This document shows positions 10,912 through 23,115 of a stretch of 35,068 nucleotides of DNA, in pieces; position 1 is the first letter of the stretch; the number at the start of each line of letters is the position of its first letter. The translations under genes were made by a program, and so were the position numbers. The notes beneath the pieces are model-generated. The model saw only the letters and a list, made by a program, of their open reading frames with translations. It did not search any database and had not been told where the DNA came from. Source of the stretch: Octopus bimaculoides (lineage: Eukaryota); NCBI RefSeq assembly GCF_001194135.2, contig NC_068993.1, positions 46,338,268-46,373,335 of the forward strand, written 5' to 3'.

Positions 10912-11145
10912 ACAATAATGGTTTCGAATTTTGTTACAAGACCTGCAATTTTGAGGAGATGGGTTGTTGTTTACATCGGCCCAAGTACCACAGTACTACA
11001 GAGGTGCTTATTTTATCGATCTCTGAAAGATAAAAAAACAAAGTCGACCCCCGGCGAAATATGAAGTCAAAACGTAATAAGCCGGAAGAAATAACACTAA
11101 ATATTTCGTCCGATGGTCTAACAATTCTGTCGGCACACTGCCATC
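10912..11145 (-). mobile_element. Family A SINE, full length
   Basis: Tail ataatggtttcgaatttt, core cttattttatcgatctctgaaag...aaagtcgacccccggcgaaatatgaagtc, head ctaacaattctgtcggc. Confidence 0.78.
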
Positions 11146-11349
11146 CTTAAAACAATAATAGATTGATAATAGGTCAACTAAGAAAACAGTATTTTTTTTC
11201 TTTTTATGTATGTTGATATTTATTTAAAAAATATACACCATTTTTAAACAACAAAACTTAACTGCAATTAAGGAAATGTTAAGTTAACAAAAATTACATA
11301 AATAAATGATTCGATAGACTCGGTTTTCGGGTTGAAATGAAAATAATAT

Positions 11350-11550
11350 TGCTTCAAATATTCACACCAGGGCAGTAATTTTAGTGGGAGTGGGGTTAAG
11401 TCGATTACATTCGATTACACCAATGCCAGTTGAAGGAATAAAGGAAAAGCTGACCGCGGCAGGAGGTAAATGCAAATGTACTCAGAGTGTAAAGACGCGG
11501 TAGAAATGCCGCAAAGCAATTTCTTCGATGCGCTAACCGTTTTGACAGCT
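11350..11550 (-). mobile_element. Family A SINE, rearranged
   Basis: ttaagtcgattacattcga...tactcagagtgtaaagacg...aaatgccgcaaagcaatttc...cgctaaccgttttgacagctcttcgtctt. Confidence 0.7.
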
Positions 11551-11574
11551 CTTCGTCTTAATTATAATAATAGT

Positions 11575-11730
11575 AGGGGATTAGCCGATCCCATCGACCA
11601 TAGTACCAGACTAGTTTTTATTTTATCTAATCGTTGAAATACGGAAGTCAAATTTGACCTGGGCACGAATTGAACCCAAAAGGTAAAGCGCAGTGAAAAA
11701 TAGGCACTTGCGAATTAATCGTCCTTACTA
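11575..11730 (-). mobile_element. Family A SINE, strongly degraded
   Basis: ggggattagccgatcccatcgaccatagtacc...ttttattttatc...gtcaaatttgacctgggcacgaattgaaccc. Confidence 0.5.
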
Positions 11731-12836
11731 CCTTAATAACATTAATAGTACATTATGTTAATAATATTGACCTGCTGATAGCGACACTTGCTCATAGATG
11801 CCGATGTTTGATGTAGAGTTTATCATTCCGTATATTACTGGAATTTACAATTTTCCACATCAGAAGGGCAGCAAATGTTCATGCGCAATTTCAATGCAGA
11901 ATATAGAAATTAAATTCTGCTAGATATTTAGTCTACGAGACAACTTCGTGCTCCATTTTACAATATCTCGATTATAATCTGCAACATTGGGACACAAATA
12001 TATATTTCATATCTGATCGGCTTTCAGCTGTATTGTGTAATTGCATCAGTAATTACTATAGCAACATTATCAACAACAGCAACAACAACATTGGCATCAT
12101 CAACGACAGTGATTGGCCAGTTGAATTCTCTTCCCTTTCATGATGGAATTTTAATCTGTTTATTGCTGTTTAAGTCCAGATTAACCTGGATTGAGAAGAT
12201 TTACGATCAAAGACGTTCTTGCCGTGATCATCACCACATTGTGTATACGTATGATCAAATCATTCAATTTCTCTTTTCTTTTTAGACTGGGGGATATGAT
12301 TTAAAATAAATTTTTTTCAGCCCAAAATATTGAGCCTCAAGGAAGTAAAAGAAAGCGGGCTAACAACTTCGGCTGACAGAAACCTCGAAAGTCTAATGTT
12401 CGTATACCAAAGAGAAGCAAGACCATAGTAGCCAGTTCCAGAGAACATCAGTTCAAGAGAAGAAGCTATTACAACAAGAGAATTTATATCTAACAGAAAG
12501 CTCAACAAAGAAACGATGCATTTGGGAAGAGAAACGGATGACAGGTTTAAAGAACTTCACAGAGTGCACAAAACCAACATTTTTCTCGAACATGCCGAGC
12601 AACACTTTTCTTGTACAGGCCGAGCAAATGCGTAACGTGAGCTGTATACATCACGTTAATAATATGGATTTCAACAAACTTATACATGCGTGTTACTTAA
12701 GACGTTCCACCTGTGATTATTCAATTGTTTTACCTATTCTATTTAAAATAGTACAATTTTATTCAGAAGAGAATTAGACACTATTTCTAGCAGATCGAGA
12801 TAGGTTCATTCATTGTCTCTTTTGTTATCATTGCAG

Positions 12837-12926
12837 GTGGCAAAATGCAAGTTGTTGCACTGTACGAGCCAGACAACGAATCCTTAAACTTTAGCTGTGA
12901 TGCATGTGTTCCGATTGTCTGGCGAG
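12837..12926 (+). CDS. GABA-B-R3-like: Internal coding exon (90 nt, symmetric phase 1-1) of the GABA-B receptor; stalk with CxxC motif
   Basis: Acceptor ctcttttgttatcattgcAG and donor cgag|GTAAGA. Only one frame is open: (G)GKMQVVALYEPDNESLNFSCDACVPIVWR(G), resembling Drosophila R3 as recalled (VALYYPATDALDFRCPRCRPVKW). Confidence 0.9.
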
Positions 12927-13345
12927 GTAAGACACTCAGATATTACATTGAATTACATTAGTCGACTTTGTAGTAGTCTTTAAAGTTGCAGGTGTTTTTG
13001 TTGGTTTTGTTGTTGTTGTTATTTTTATCGTAGTTGGTGCTGTTGTTATTGTTATTATCGATTCAGTTATGTAATAAATAGTAACACCGACCACGTGAAG
13101 TGATCGCCAGACAAAGGACGTCTTGGCGACGTTAGAGATTCTGCAGTATCTCTCTCAGAGAGAACATACACTTGAATTATTTCCTGTTGCCTACTTTTCT
13201 TATATAAGAAAGATATGTCGTCAACGTTAACACAGAGAAGCACAAATATTAATACAAGCAAACACGCGCGCGCACAAGCGTATTTTATGAATATGTGAAT
13301 GTGCATACATATATATGTATATATATGTATGTATATATATACACA

Positions 13346-13384
<39 letters not shown>

Positions 13385-13620
13385 GCGCAGACATGGCCGT
13401 GTAGTCAAGAAAATTATTTTGCAACCACATGGTTTCAGGTTCAATCCCAAAGTGTTGCACCTTGAGCAAGTGTCTAATACAGTGTTTCGGCAAAAGATAC
13501 CGATAGAAGAGGCACCAGGCATGAAATAATAAGCGTCGGGTTGTATTTGTCCAACTGAAGCCTTCAAGGCAGTGACTCCAGCATGCCGTACTCCAATGAC
13601 TGCCACAATTAAAACAAAGA
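13385..13620 (+). mobile_element. Family B tRNA-derived SINE with internal deletion
   Basis: Head gcgcagacatggccgtgtagtcaagaa, B-box ggttcaatccc, caccttgagcaagtgtct, and tail ttcggcaaaagataccgatagaa...cttcaaggcagtgactccagcatg...caatgactg. Confidence 0.82.
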
Positions 13621-13629
13621 AAATGTATT

Positions 13630-13929
<300 letters not shown>

Positions 13930-15835
13930 TGCATCTTTGAGAGAGAAACAAAGTGAGTCCTGATACACATACTTATTAGCATATACCACGTAAATATGAA
14001 GCATGCGCCGCAATTTACATGTCATCCGACTGTTTATTTACAAATCGATATGGATGAAGTCATATTCAGACATTCCGACAAGATTTAAATCTTATTCCAG
14101 GTCAATAATTTTTCTTTATCAACAGCAGTATTAAGTGGGTTCAATTCGTTGTGAAATTCACTAACATCTGCTCTACTGTTTCATTTAAACCGAGACAAAA
14201 CTTTTGCGTCCAAATTATTACTTTTGATATTTCTATAAGAGTTACCTTATTCTAAAATGGTAGACTAATTCCATCTCTCATACCTTATCAAAATATGGAG
14301 GAAGGGACAGCCAGTAAGTACAAGTAAGGTTTCGGCCATCATCGACCCTTTGAGGAAATGGTCTTATCATTTTTCTTAACAAGCGTATTAAATTCATTGC
14401 TGCTCAGTAGGCTTCTTCGATGGTAATTATGAAGAGACAGGATATAAAATGAAGAATAACAATATAAACACATGAGTGTTGGAAGTGCCTTCATACTCTC
14501 GCGTATTTTCATATAAATATTTACGACGCAACTTAGTCTAGACTTGCAATTATTCAACCGTGGCATAGCATTCTTATGATATATTACGGTTGAATTAATA
14601 TTGACAACTGCAAACAAAACTATTATAATATTCTATAAAATAAAATTTCCTTGTTTTTCTAGTTAAAAAAATAAACTTTGTTGTGAAGGAAGTATATCTG
14701 TTCGATTTATCCCGAGATTATTTTTTTGCCAAAATTCCTACCGTTTATTGAACCTCGGGTCCCCATGTCTGCATAGAACAGGATTAGAGATGATATGTCA
14801 CTGATGACGTTGCGAGTGGTAAAAAAGGACTTTCTCAAACTTGGGTGATTGATTAATGAACTGAACGATTAATCATACAATCGCTTAGTTCAATAGTTTG
14901 CCAATCGACAAATAACAAAGAAGTGAAATAGAACCAGTGATTGCATTTATTATTGATATAATGACCCTCCAGTGATACAACAAAGTATTCTTAATTGACG
15001 AGTTCACATCGAGAGTGTTGCAAACCAAATACACAAAAAATACATATTCTACTGTTTAATAATCGGATTATCCCGTTTTCTGAGACAAATAAAACATTGG
15101 TTTCAAGAAGGGGACTTTTTCTTGTAGGAAATCAAGGGATATATTTAGAGCTGTTTTTGAAAATAATCGTTTTCATTTTACTTTTCTGTGTCACCATTAG
15201 AGATTTAAAATACCTTCTGAGTGTCCGAAATCAATACTTACATTATTTGATTATTGTTACAGTATTCGTGACATTTATCTTATCTTTAGAGAAGTATATG
15301 AAATATTGACTTATGTGTAAAGTCCCAGTAGTGACGGACAGCGTAAATGCTTCAGTCGTACGATATAGAAATCTACCAAGTTGTTTCTTGAGTTAGGAAG
15401 AGTAAATTGGATTTTATTTAACGGTATTTAAAAATTAATGAGGCATATATACTAGCAGTAGATCCCTTCTTCGACATCAACCGTGAAAAGTCACATTTTA
15501 TATTCAATACATTTCACAGAAGATTCAACAATCCTGTTAATCTGCTCAAGTACCTTGGGGTATGAGAACCTATATTAGAAAATCTTTTAGAAACGGCATA
15601 CATTCATACGTTTATACGTAACGGAAAGTGTGAGAATTTATGATTTTGTAATAAATATATATAAATACCGTTACAAATTATTTCACTGTAATAAAATTAC
15701 TACGATGTAATTATTTTTAATATTTTTTCGGTTACATTAAATATAGTGACACTAAGTTAATTAAATATTAAATATATCTTTATACAAAAACTCACACACA
15801 CACACATACACACATATTAAAATGTATAGCAAAAA

Positions 15836-15875
<40 letters not shown>

Positions 15876-16695
15876 ATTGTACGTGTGTTCCTGTTTGTAT
15901 TGTGTATACACATGTGAAATATATATTAAATATGTACACACATCTACACATGCACAGATACACCCACACACACACATACACACATACACACACATACACA
16001 CACACTCACACACAAAATAATTATATCAACCAAAATATTTTTGAATTTTTTCCACCTATTTTTTAAGTTTTGTTCTTAGCAGCAAGATATGTAAGATGTT
16101 TACATTATGAGTGTTGCGAAGCTGAAGTATAGTAGACTCGGGAAAGTTCGGAGTGTTGCATGCATTTGTGTAATGCTTTGAACACCTGTCATATGTTCAA
16201 TTCACAGATTATATGGTTACAATCCGCCGATCAATGTTCAGATTTATCCATACAAACAGTAATATTATTTAGGCTATCATTTATAGCTTTACCCATGTCG
16301 GGTCCTACCATATATATATTACACCACCGTCTACACTTACTTTTTTTTCTGCAAAATAGGGGTAGTTTATCCTGTTCAGGCTACATTATTAGCATGATCC
16401 TGCGATTGAGAATTTAAAATCATTTCTTTAACTTTCTAAGACATCTCAACGCTTCTAAAAGCAAGCTTCGTTTGTTTGTTTACGTTTATNNNNNNNNNNN
16501 NNNNNNNNNNNNNNNNNNNNNNNNNNNNNNNNNNNNNNNNNNNNNNNNNNNNNNNNNNNNNNNNNNNNNNNNNNNNNNNNNNNNNNNNNNNNNNNNNNNN
16601 NNNNNNNNNNNNNNNNNNNNNNNNNNNNNNNNNNNNNNNNNNNNNNNNNNNNNNNNNNNNNNNNNNNNNNNNNNNNNNNNNNNNNNNNNNNNNNN

Positions 16696-16746
<51 letters not shown>

Positions 16747-16837
16747 ATATATGCACGCATTTATGTATTTATATGTGTATGTATGTATATATGTATGATT
16801 GTATACGCGTGTGTGTACGCGCGTGTATATAAGTGAA

Positions 16838-17170
16838 GGCGCTTGGTTTAGTGTTTAGGGTATTCGGTTTACGCTCGTAAGGTCCAAAGTTCGAATCCTA
16901 GCGGCATGTTGTGTTCNNNNNNNNNNACTTGAGTAAAAGTCATTGTTGATATCTATAGGCTGACCCATACGTGAAAATGAAATTCGATGGATATAGACCA
17001 TGTAGAAACCTGCTATGGAGGTTTTTTTTTTTCTAACTATCATGCTTATTACGCCAGATTATAATGCTGACAGTGCGCGTGTTTGTGGAATGCTCATTCA
17101 CCTGCACGTTTATTCAGGTTCAGTTAATCGGATTGATCGAAATCCGAATTCTCACCCTCAAACAACGAAG
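16838..17170 (+). mobile_element. Family C tRNA-derived SINE with CORE-like segment; interrupted by a small gap
   Basis: ggcgcttggtttagtgtttagggtattcgg...gttcgaatcc (A and B boxes), then gttgtgttc. The 3' part (gtgtttgtggaatgctc...ctgcacgtt...gattgatcgaa) aligns with the copy at 24946. Confidence 0.72.
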
Positions 17171-17192
17171 ATGCATCATTATCATGTGTACT

Positions 17193-17194
<2 letters not shown>

Positions 17195-17237
<43 letters not shown>

Positions 17238-17308
17238 ACACACACTTACACACACACACACACACACACACACACTTACACACACACACACACAATTACA
17301 CACACACA
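17195..17308. repeat. (CA)n microsatellite
   Basis: Read directly from the sequence. Confidence 0.97.
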
Positions 17309-17329
17309 CTTAGTGTGTGAGTTGGAGAG

Positions 17330-17637
17330 AGCTAAAGCAAGCGTGACTGTAGCCTTGAAATTGATGGTTAACTTCCCTATTCTCTTAATCTGGCCCCAAC
17401 TGACTATCATCTCTTCCCCAACGTGAAAAGACACTTGGCTGATAACCAGTATCACAGTGATGATGACGTTATATCTGCAGTTGATGTCACTTTTAACCAC
17501 TATGATGAAAGTGTCTTCACTATCGGACCCAATAACTACAACGATGAAAGAAAGGGGAATGTGTTGAAAAATAAACCTCATTTGACATTCCATGAGAGTA
17601 TCTTGGACAGATATGAACTATTCCGCCAACCCTCGTA
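17330..17637 (+). mobile_element. Mariner 3' fragment with right TIR and TA
   Basis: Reads LPYSLNLAPTDYHLFPNVKRHLADNQYHSDDDVISAVD (a YSPDLAPxD variant). Ends ...gaactattccgccaaccctcg-TA, a typical mariner TIR (TACGAGGG...). Confidence 0.88.
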
Positions 17638-18194
17638 GGTAGGCACAAAGTATCGCTCAGATAAATCTAAAACCAGGTGCTTCATCCACAACAGATAGCC
17701 TTGGTGTAGGAAGTCGGCTTTGATAACGCTCTTTGTCAAGAAACTATGGAAGTTACAAAGGCAGACTAACAAATGAATGCGTAATCAGTGTATCTTTAAC
17801 ATGGAATACAATTAGGCAAATAAGCCAAATGTAGTAGTTGTAACAGATGTAACTTTAGCTATAATTTTAGCTGTAATAGCTGTAACTTTACAGCTGTTTC
17901 GGATGAAGTATGAACGGTACTGTAACCCTAAATGCTATTCAATAAAGACCTATAGTATTGTAGGTACATGAAATAACGCTGTTTTTTTATGGATCTATAA
18001 TAATACATGTTATTCCATGCACTTACTATAATATGGGGCTGTATTACATAATATACATGGCTACAGCCCCACATACGATTCATCAAAAAACTGAAAAAGA
18101 GCTGTAATGGTAAGGTTACACTTCATTCCTTTTTTTATTTGTATTTCCTGTAAATGCACTCATTTCCTATATTTTAGTTTGTTAGCCTCTTTAC

Positions 18195-18227
<33 letters not shown>

Positions 18228-18354
18228 TGTGTGTGTGAGTGAGTGTGTATTGTGTGTATGATTATTGTGTATGTGCATGTGTGTGTTCATGTGTGTGCGC
18301 TTGTGTTCATATGTGTGCCTGTGTGTATTTTCGCGCACATATATGTAAATAGGG

Positions 18355-18396
<42 letters not shown>

Positions 18397-18873
18397 ATCG
18401 TGAGAGACATTCATGCAAACAATCTGATAGATAGATAAATCTCTCGTATAGATTTATAAGTTGTGAGCTTAAATTTAATCAACTTCTCATATCGTTATGA
18501 AATATCGCCTCTGATTAAAGCATTTTACTACTTGAAGAAAATCATCCGCCCTCTGTGCTTTTAATTAGATTCAAAGACTAGAAATGTATTGAAAAGTTAG
18601 TCTCAAAGATGTTTTTCTTCAGCTCGTCTCTGTTCAATATGTAATATGCAATTATGTCAGCTGGACATGAACGATATTTAGTGTTACTTATAATTTACGA
18701 TCGATGCAATCCGTATATTAACATCGACATTAATGGACAAACCATAAGACCTTGTTGTGTAAGTATACACAAATATATGCAAGTTTTTATTACATTTTTG
18801 TTTGTATATGAGTGCGTATGTGTATGTGGGACTATATTTATACAGGTCGACACAACACACACACACACACACA

Positions 18874-19494
18874 NNNNNNNNNNNNNNNNNNNNNNNNNNN
18901 NNNNNNNNNNNNNNNNNNNNNNNNNNNNNNNNNNNNNNNNNNNNNNNNNNNNNNNNNNNNNNNNNNNNNNNNNNNNNNNNNNNNNNNNNNNNNNNNNNNN
19001 NNNNNNNNNNNNNNNNNNNNNNNNNNNNNNNNNNNNNNNNNNNNNNNNNNNNNNNNNNNNNNNNNNNNNNNNNNNNNNNNNNNNNNNNNNNNNNNNNNNN
19101 NNNNNNNNNNNNNNNNNNNNNNNNNNNNNNNNNNNNNNNNNNNNNNNNNNNNNNNNNNNNNNNNNNNNNNNNNNNNNNNNNNNNNNNNNNNNNNNNNNNN
19201 NNNNNNNNNNNNNNNNNNNNNNNNNNNNNNNNNNNNNNNNNNNNNNNNNNNNNNNNNNNNNNNNNNNNNNNNNNNNNNNNNNNNNNNNNNNNNNNNNNNN
19301 NNNNNNNNNNNNNNNNNNNNNNNNNNNNNNNNNNNNNNNNNNNNNNNNNNNNNNNNNNNNNNNNNNNNNNNNNNNNNNNNNNNNNNNNNNNNNNNNNNNN
19401 NNNNNNNNNNNNNNNNNNNNNNNNNNNNNNNNNNNNNNNNNNNNNNNNNNNNNNNNNNNNNNNNNNNNNNNNNNNNNNNNNNNNNNNNNNNNNN
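18874..19494. other. Assembly gap (largest). Others: 3266-3540, 16490-16695, 24611-24808, 27963-28261 and several short ones
   Basis: Runs of N, nearly all bordered by (TA)n or (CA)n. A missing exon could lie in a gap. Confidence 0.99.
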
Positions 19495-19536
<42 letters not shown>

Positions 19537-19784
19537 TTTGTGGGTGTGTTCGTCTGTGTATGTGTATATGCATGTATGTGTATGTATGTATGTATGTATG
19601 TATGTGTGTCTGTATGTATGTCTAATCCACAACAGACTACAACAAACATAAAGGAAAAGAATATTTCTTCTACTCAAACAAATGTACTTTCATAAAGAAT
19701 GATTCTTTGGTATTTGTAGATATATTTTACCCTAGACATTGCCAAGTATTGCGCTAGTACATATCTTTTCTGTAATTGTATCGC

Positions 19785-19974
19785 TTTGCAATCACATAGT
19801 TTCGGTTTCAATCTTACTAGCAGTGGCATGGCCTCTTCTACTATAGTCCCGGTGTGACCATCACCTTGCGTTGAATTTGGTAGATGGAAACTCTGTGGAA
19901 GGACGCGATATATATGTGTGTGTATATGTGTGTGAGTGTATATGTGTGTGTGTGTATATGTGTGTGTGTGTATA

Positions 19975-20007
<33 letters not shown>

Positions 20008-20035
20008 CGGTGTGTGTATATTTGTGTTTGTATAT
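19785..20035 (+). mobile_element. Family B SINE (head and middle) grading into a (TATGTG)n/(TG)n microsatellite
   Basis: gcaatcacatagtttcggtttcaatc...tcttctactatagtccc...gaatttggtagatggaaact followed by the TA/TG array. Confidence 0.7.
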
Positions 20036-20990
20036 AGATCTCTCTATGTCTCTCATTTATTCCCCTCTTTCAGTCAAACCCAGGCTTTGAAACGAAATAT
20101 TACCCCATATAATGAATAAATTTATCTATCCTCAAGCAATTCATATTATTAATCAATCATTCAATGAATAACTAACTAAATAAATAAATAAGTAAATAAA
20201 TAAATAATATGCCTCTTTGGTATATTTATGCAATTATTTGCAATTTGATATGTTTTAATGAATTACAAATCAAAAACAACACCACGTTCACTTGAAGTGG
20301 ATTTTTAAAGAGAGATGCGAGTTCTTAGGTCAGCATTCTGTAAACAATACAGTAAAATACAATTATAATTACAAATTATAAATTCAGTTTCCAAATTTTC
20401 ATACTAAAGTATCCTCTACTCTCTCACCCACACTCACATGCAAACACACACACACACACCTTTCTTAAATGGATGTAACAAAAGGATTAATATAACTAAT
20501 ATCAAAATTATATTTTAAAACTGAACTGAAATACTTCGCGTTTGCAATTTTTCTGTTTATTTACTTATTTTAATTTTAATCAGTGATATCCGATATAGCA
20601 AATTTCCTTGGATTCGTTTCTCATTTCTAGATCCAGTCCATTAGTTAAAGATATTGTTAACAGAAATCAATATGTGAAATGCGATTTTATATAACGCTTC
20701 TCGTTGGTCTTAACCTTAATTTATAATGAAATTTTATACAGAACGGAAAGAATTCAAAGATTTAATCAACACTGACAACGACTGTAATACCATCGTTGTC
20801 ATCTTCGTCGTAATGATGATTATCGTCGTAATGGTGATCACCGTCATCATCGTCTTCGTCGTTGTCTTCGTCATCATCATCATCATCAAACTGCGGATAA
20901 GAAACTATGGTTTATATGATCAAATTACAGACTTATTCAGTTGATCAAATTACTTTAAATCGATGACCGTATTAATTTTAGATAAGCTTG

Positions 20991-20991
<1 letters not shown>

Positions 20992-21038
<47 letters not shown>

Positions 21039-21048
21039 NNNNNNNNNN

Positions 21049-21091
<43 letters not shown>

Positions 21092-21098
21092 CTCTCTC
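20992..21098. repeat. (CT)n microsatellite with a small gap
   Basis: Read directly from the sequence. Confidence 0.96.
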
Positions 21099-21258
21099 TA
21101 ACACACATACATACACACACGTATGTATATAGATAGAAAAAGAAAGAGAGAAAGAGAGTGAAACAGATTTAGCGTATGCTATTATACTGGGTGGGTTTGT
21201 TTTGTATGCGTATGTCGATATTTATGTACAGGCATATATTTAATTGTATATATATACA

Positions 21259-21294
<36 letters not shown>

Positions 21295-21660
21295 TTTATA
21301 TACACTCCTATACATATAGATAGATAGATAGATAGATACAGACACACTTACATAATAATAATTTCTTACATTTGTCGCCTTCATGTTAATATCGACATAT
21401 TTTTCTACTTTGCGAGAAACATTTCTCTGCATGCATGCATACATATATGTATGTATGTATGTATATATGCATGTATGCATGTATGTATGTATGTATGTAT
21501 GCGTTCGTGCGTTTATATGTCTATATATTATATTTATAAACATACTTTATGTGTATGTATGTATTTGTCAGTTTATATGTATAGTGTATTTATAAATATA
21601 TTTTATGCCTATGTATATTTACATCTATATTTATATGTATGTTTTTGCGTGCATTTCTAG

Positions 21661-21811
21661 GACGCCGTGTACCCTATGACAAGAATATAATTGTTATGAA
21701 ATTAAAAGCTATACATCCCACAGCATTTTACACAGTATGTGCTCTGTGCATCGTTGGTGTTTCACTGGCTATATTCTTTCTGGCATTCAATTTGTACAAT
21801 CGCAGCCTCAA
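21661..21811 (+). CDS. GABA-B-R3-like: Internal coding exon (151 nt, phase 1-2) of the GABA-B receptor; includes transmembrane helix 1
   Basis: Acceptor gtttttgcgtgcatttctAG and donor ctcaa|GTAAGT. Translates (G)RRVPYDKNIIVMKLKAIHPTAFYTVCALCIVGVSLAIFFLAFNLYNRSL(K), with the GABA-B TM1 signature G...A..FL.FN...R..K. In frame with the preceding exon. Confidence 0.93.
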
Positions 21812-22792
21812 GTAAGTAACATAATGAATGACTGTAGTTACATGTGTGTGTGTGTGCACATATGTGTAATATCTTCCTATATATCAACAATTATTTGTCT
21901 ATATTTACAAGTGTTTTCAACTCCTATCGAAAATAGATAATAGTAATTGAAAATTATAGTGATGCTTCCTTCGCTAACCAGACGGTCATATAACAACATG
22001 GCTCAGACTCTTTAGTGAGACACAAACCTTTATGTGTAGATGTACATGATGTGACCCAGACTAAAAAATTGATGCAACACAACATGTTAAAAGGAGTCCC
22101 ACCCATGAAGGACAGTAGCAGGATGGGTTGAAACGGCCGTTGTACAAAATAAAGATTAATACCAAATCTATCTTCTCATTACTTAAGAAGTTATTATTAT
22201 CTCAACTAACGCTTCGGAATTCCTGAAGTAGATCCAACGGAAATATGCCCCAACTGCGGATGACACCAGGTTGCCCAAACTGTGCCAGAGCTCTACTCAA
22301 CCTTTCAACATACTAATCGATATATACCCATTAGTCTATATATATATATTCTTTATTCCATATTTCGTTTACAGGTTTGATTTTTTTTTCCGATTGCTGC
22401 TCAACCTATTTGAAGGAGGAAAACAGATATATTTAATCCTATTGTTATATTTCTGTAGAGAATTATTGCCTTTATTTTAATTAACTAGGAAATTTATACT
22501 GAATCTAGCAAAATAACTAGTGTCTAGACCATAAAAAAAAGCAAGAAATTTTGATGTAAAATTTACGTTTTGATGACCTGATCCAGGAAGCTTGTATCAT
22601 AGAACCACAGGCAGCCTCAGGTGATCTGGTACTAATCTCCGAATTGACATTTACCATAGGTGCGTCATGGGAATTCCAAACCTCTTACAATTTACACACC
22701 ATGTAATATTTGAATCAAAACCCAATTTAGCATTTCTCTACTTTCCATACACGTCTTTCACCTTAACTATTTATTCATCACAGATGATTATA

Positions 22793-23115
22793 TTTCGGGG
22801 TGGTCGTTTTTCCTTTTTTACGAAATAAACAAACGCACTGTATATTTGTTCTTCATTCGTTTATTACTGTTCTTATTTAAACTCATGTCCATTGTCCAGA
22901 TTTCTTTCGTCACACGTCTGGGACCTATCCAGCGACACTTTCCTTCCTCGTGTAAGTTCCTGCTCCGCTTAGTCCATCCAATGGAGGTCACAGACGTGTA
23001 AAGAAAGATTTCCGATCAAAGGAGATGAGTTAAAATAAGAACGGTAATAAACGAGTGAAGAAGAAATATACAGTGTGTGGGTTTATTTGGCAAAAAAAAA
23101 ATGATCATCCCAAGA
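22793..23115. mobile_element. MITE (about 320 bp) with about 90 bp terminal inverted repeats and TA target-site duplication (Tc1/mariner type)
   Basis: Left arm 22793-22886 (tttcggggtggtcgttttt...cactgtatatttgttcttcattcgtttattactgttcttatttaaactcat) matches the reverse complement of right arm 23025-23115. TA lies at 22791-22792 and 23116-23117. No coding capacity. Confidence 0.88.
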
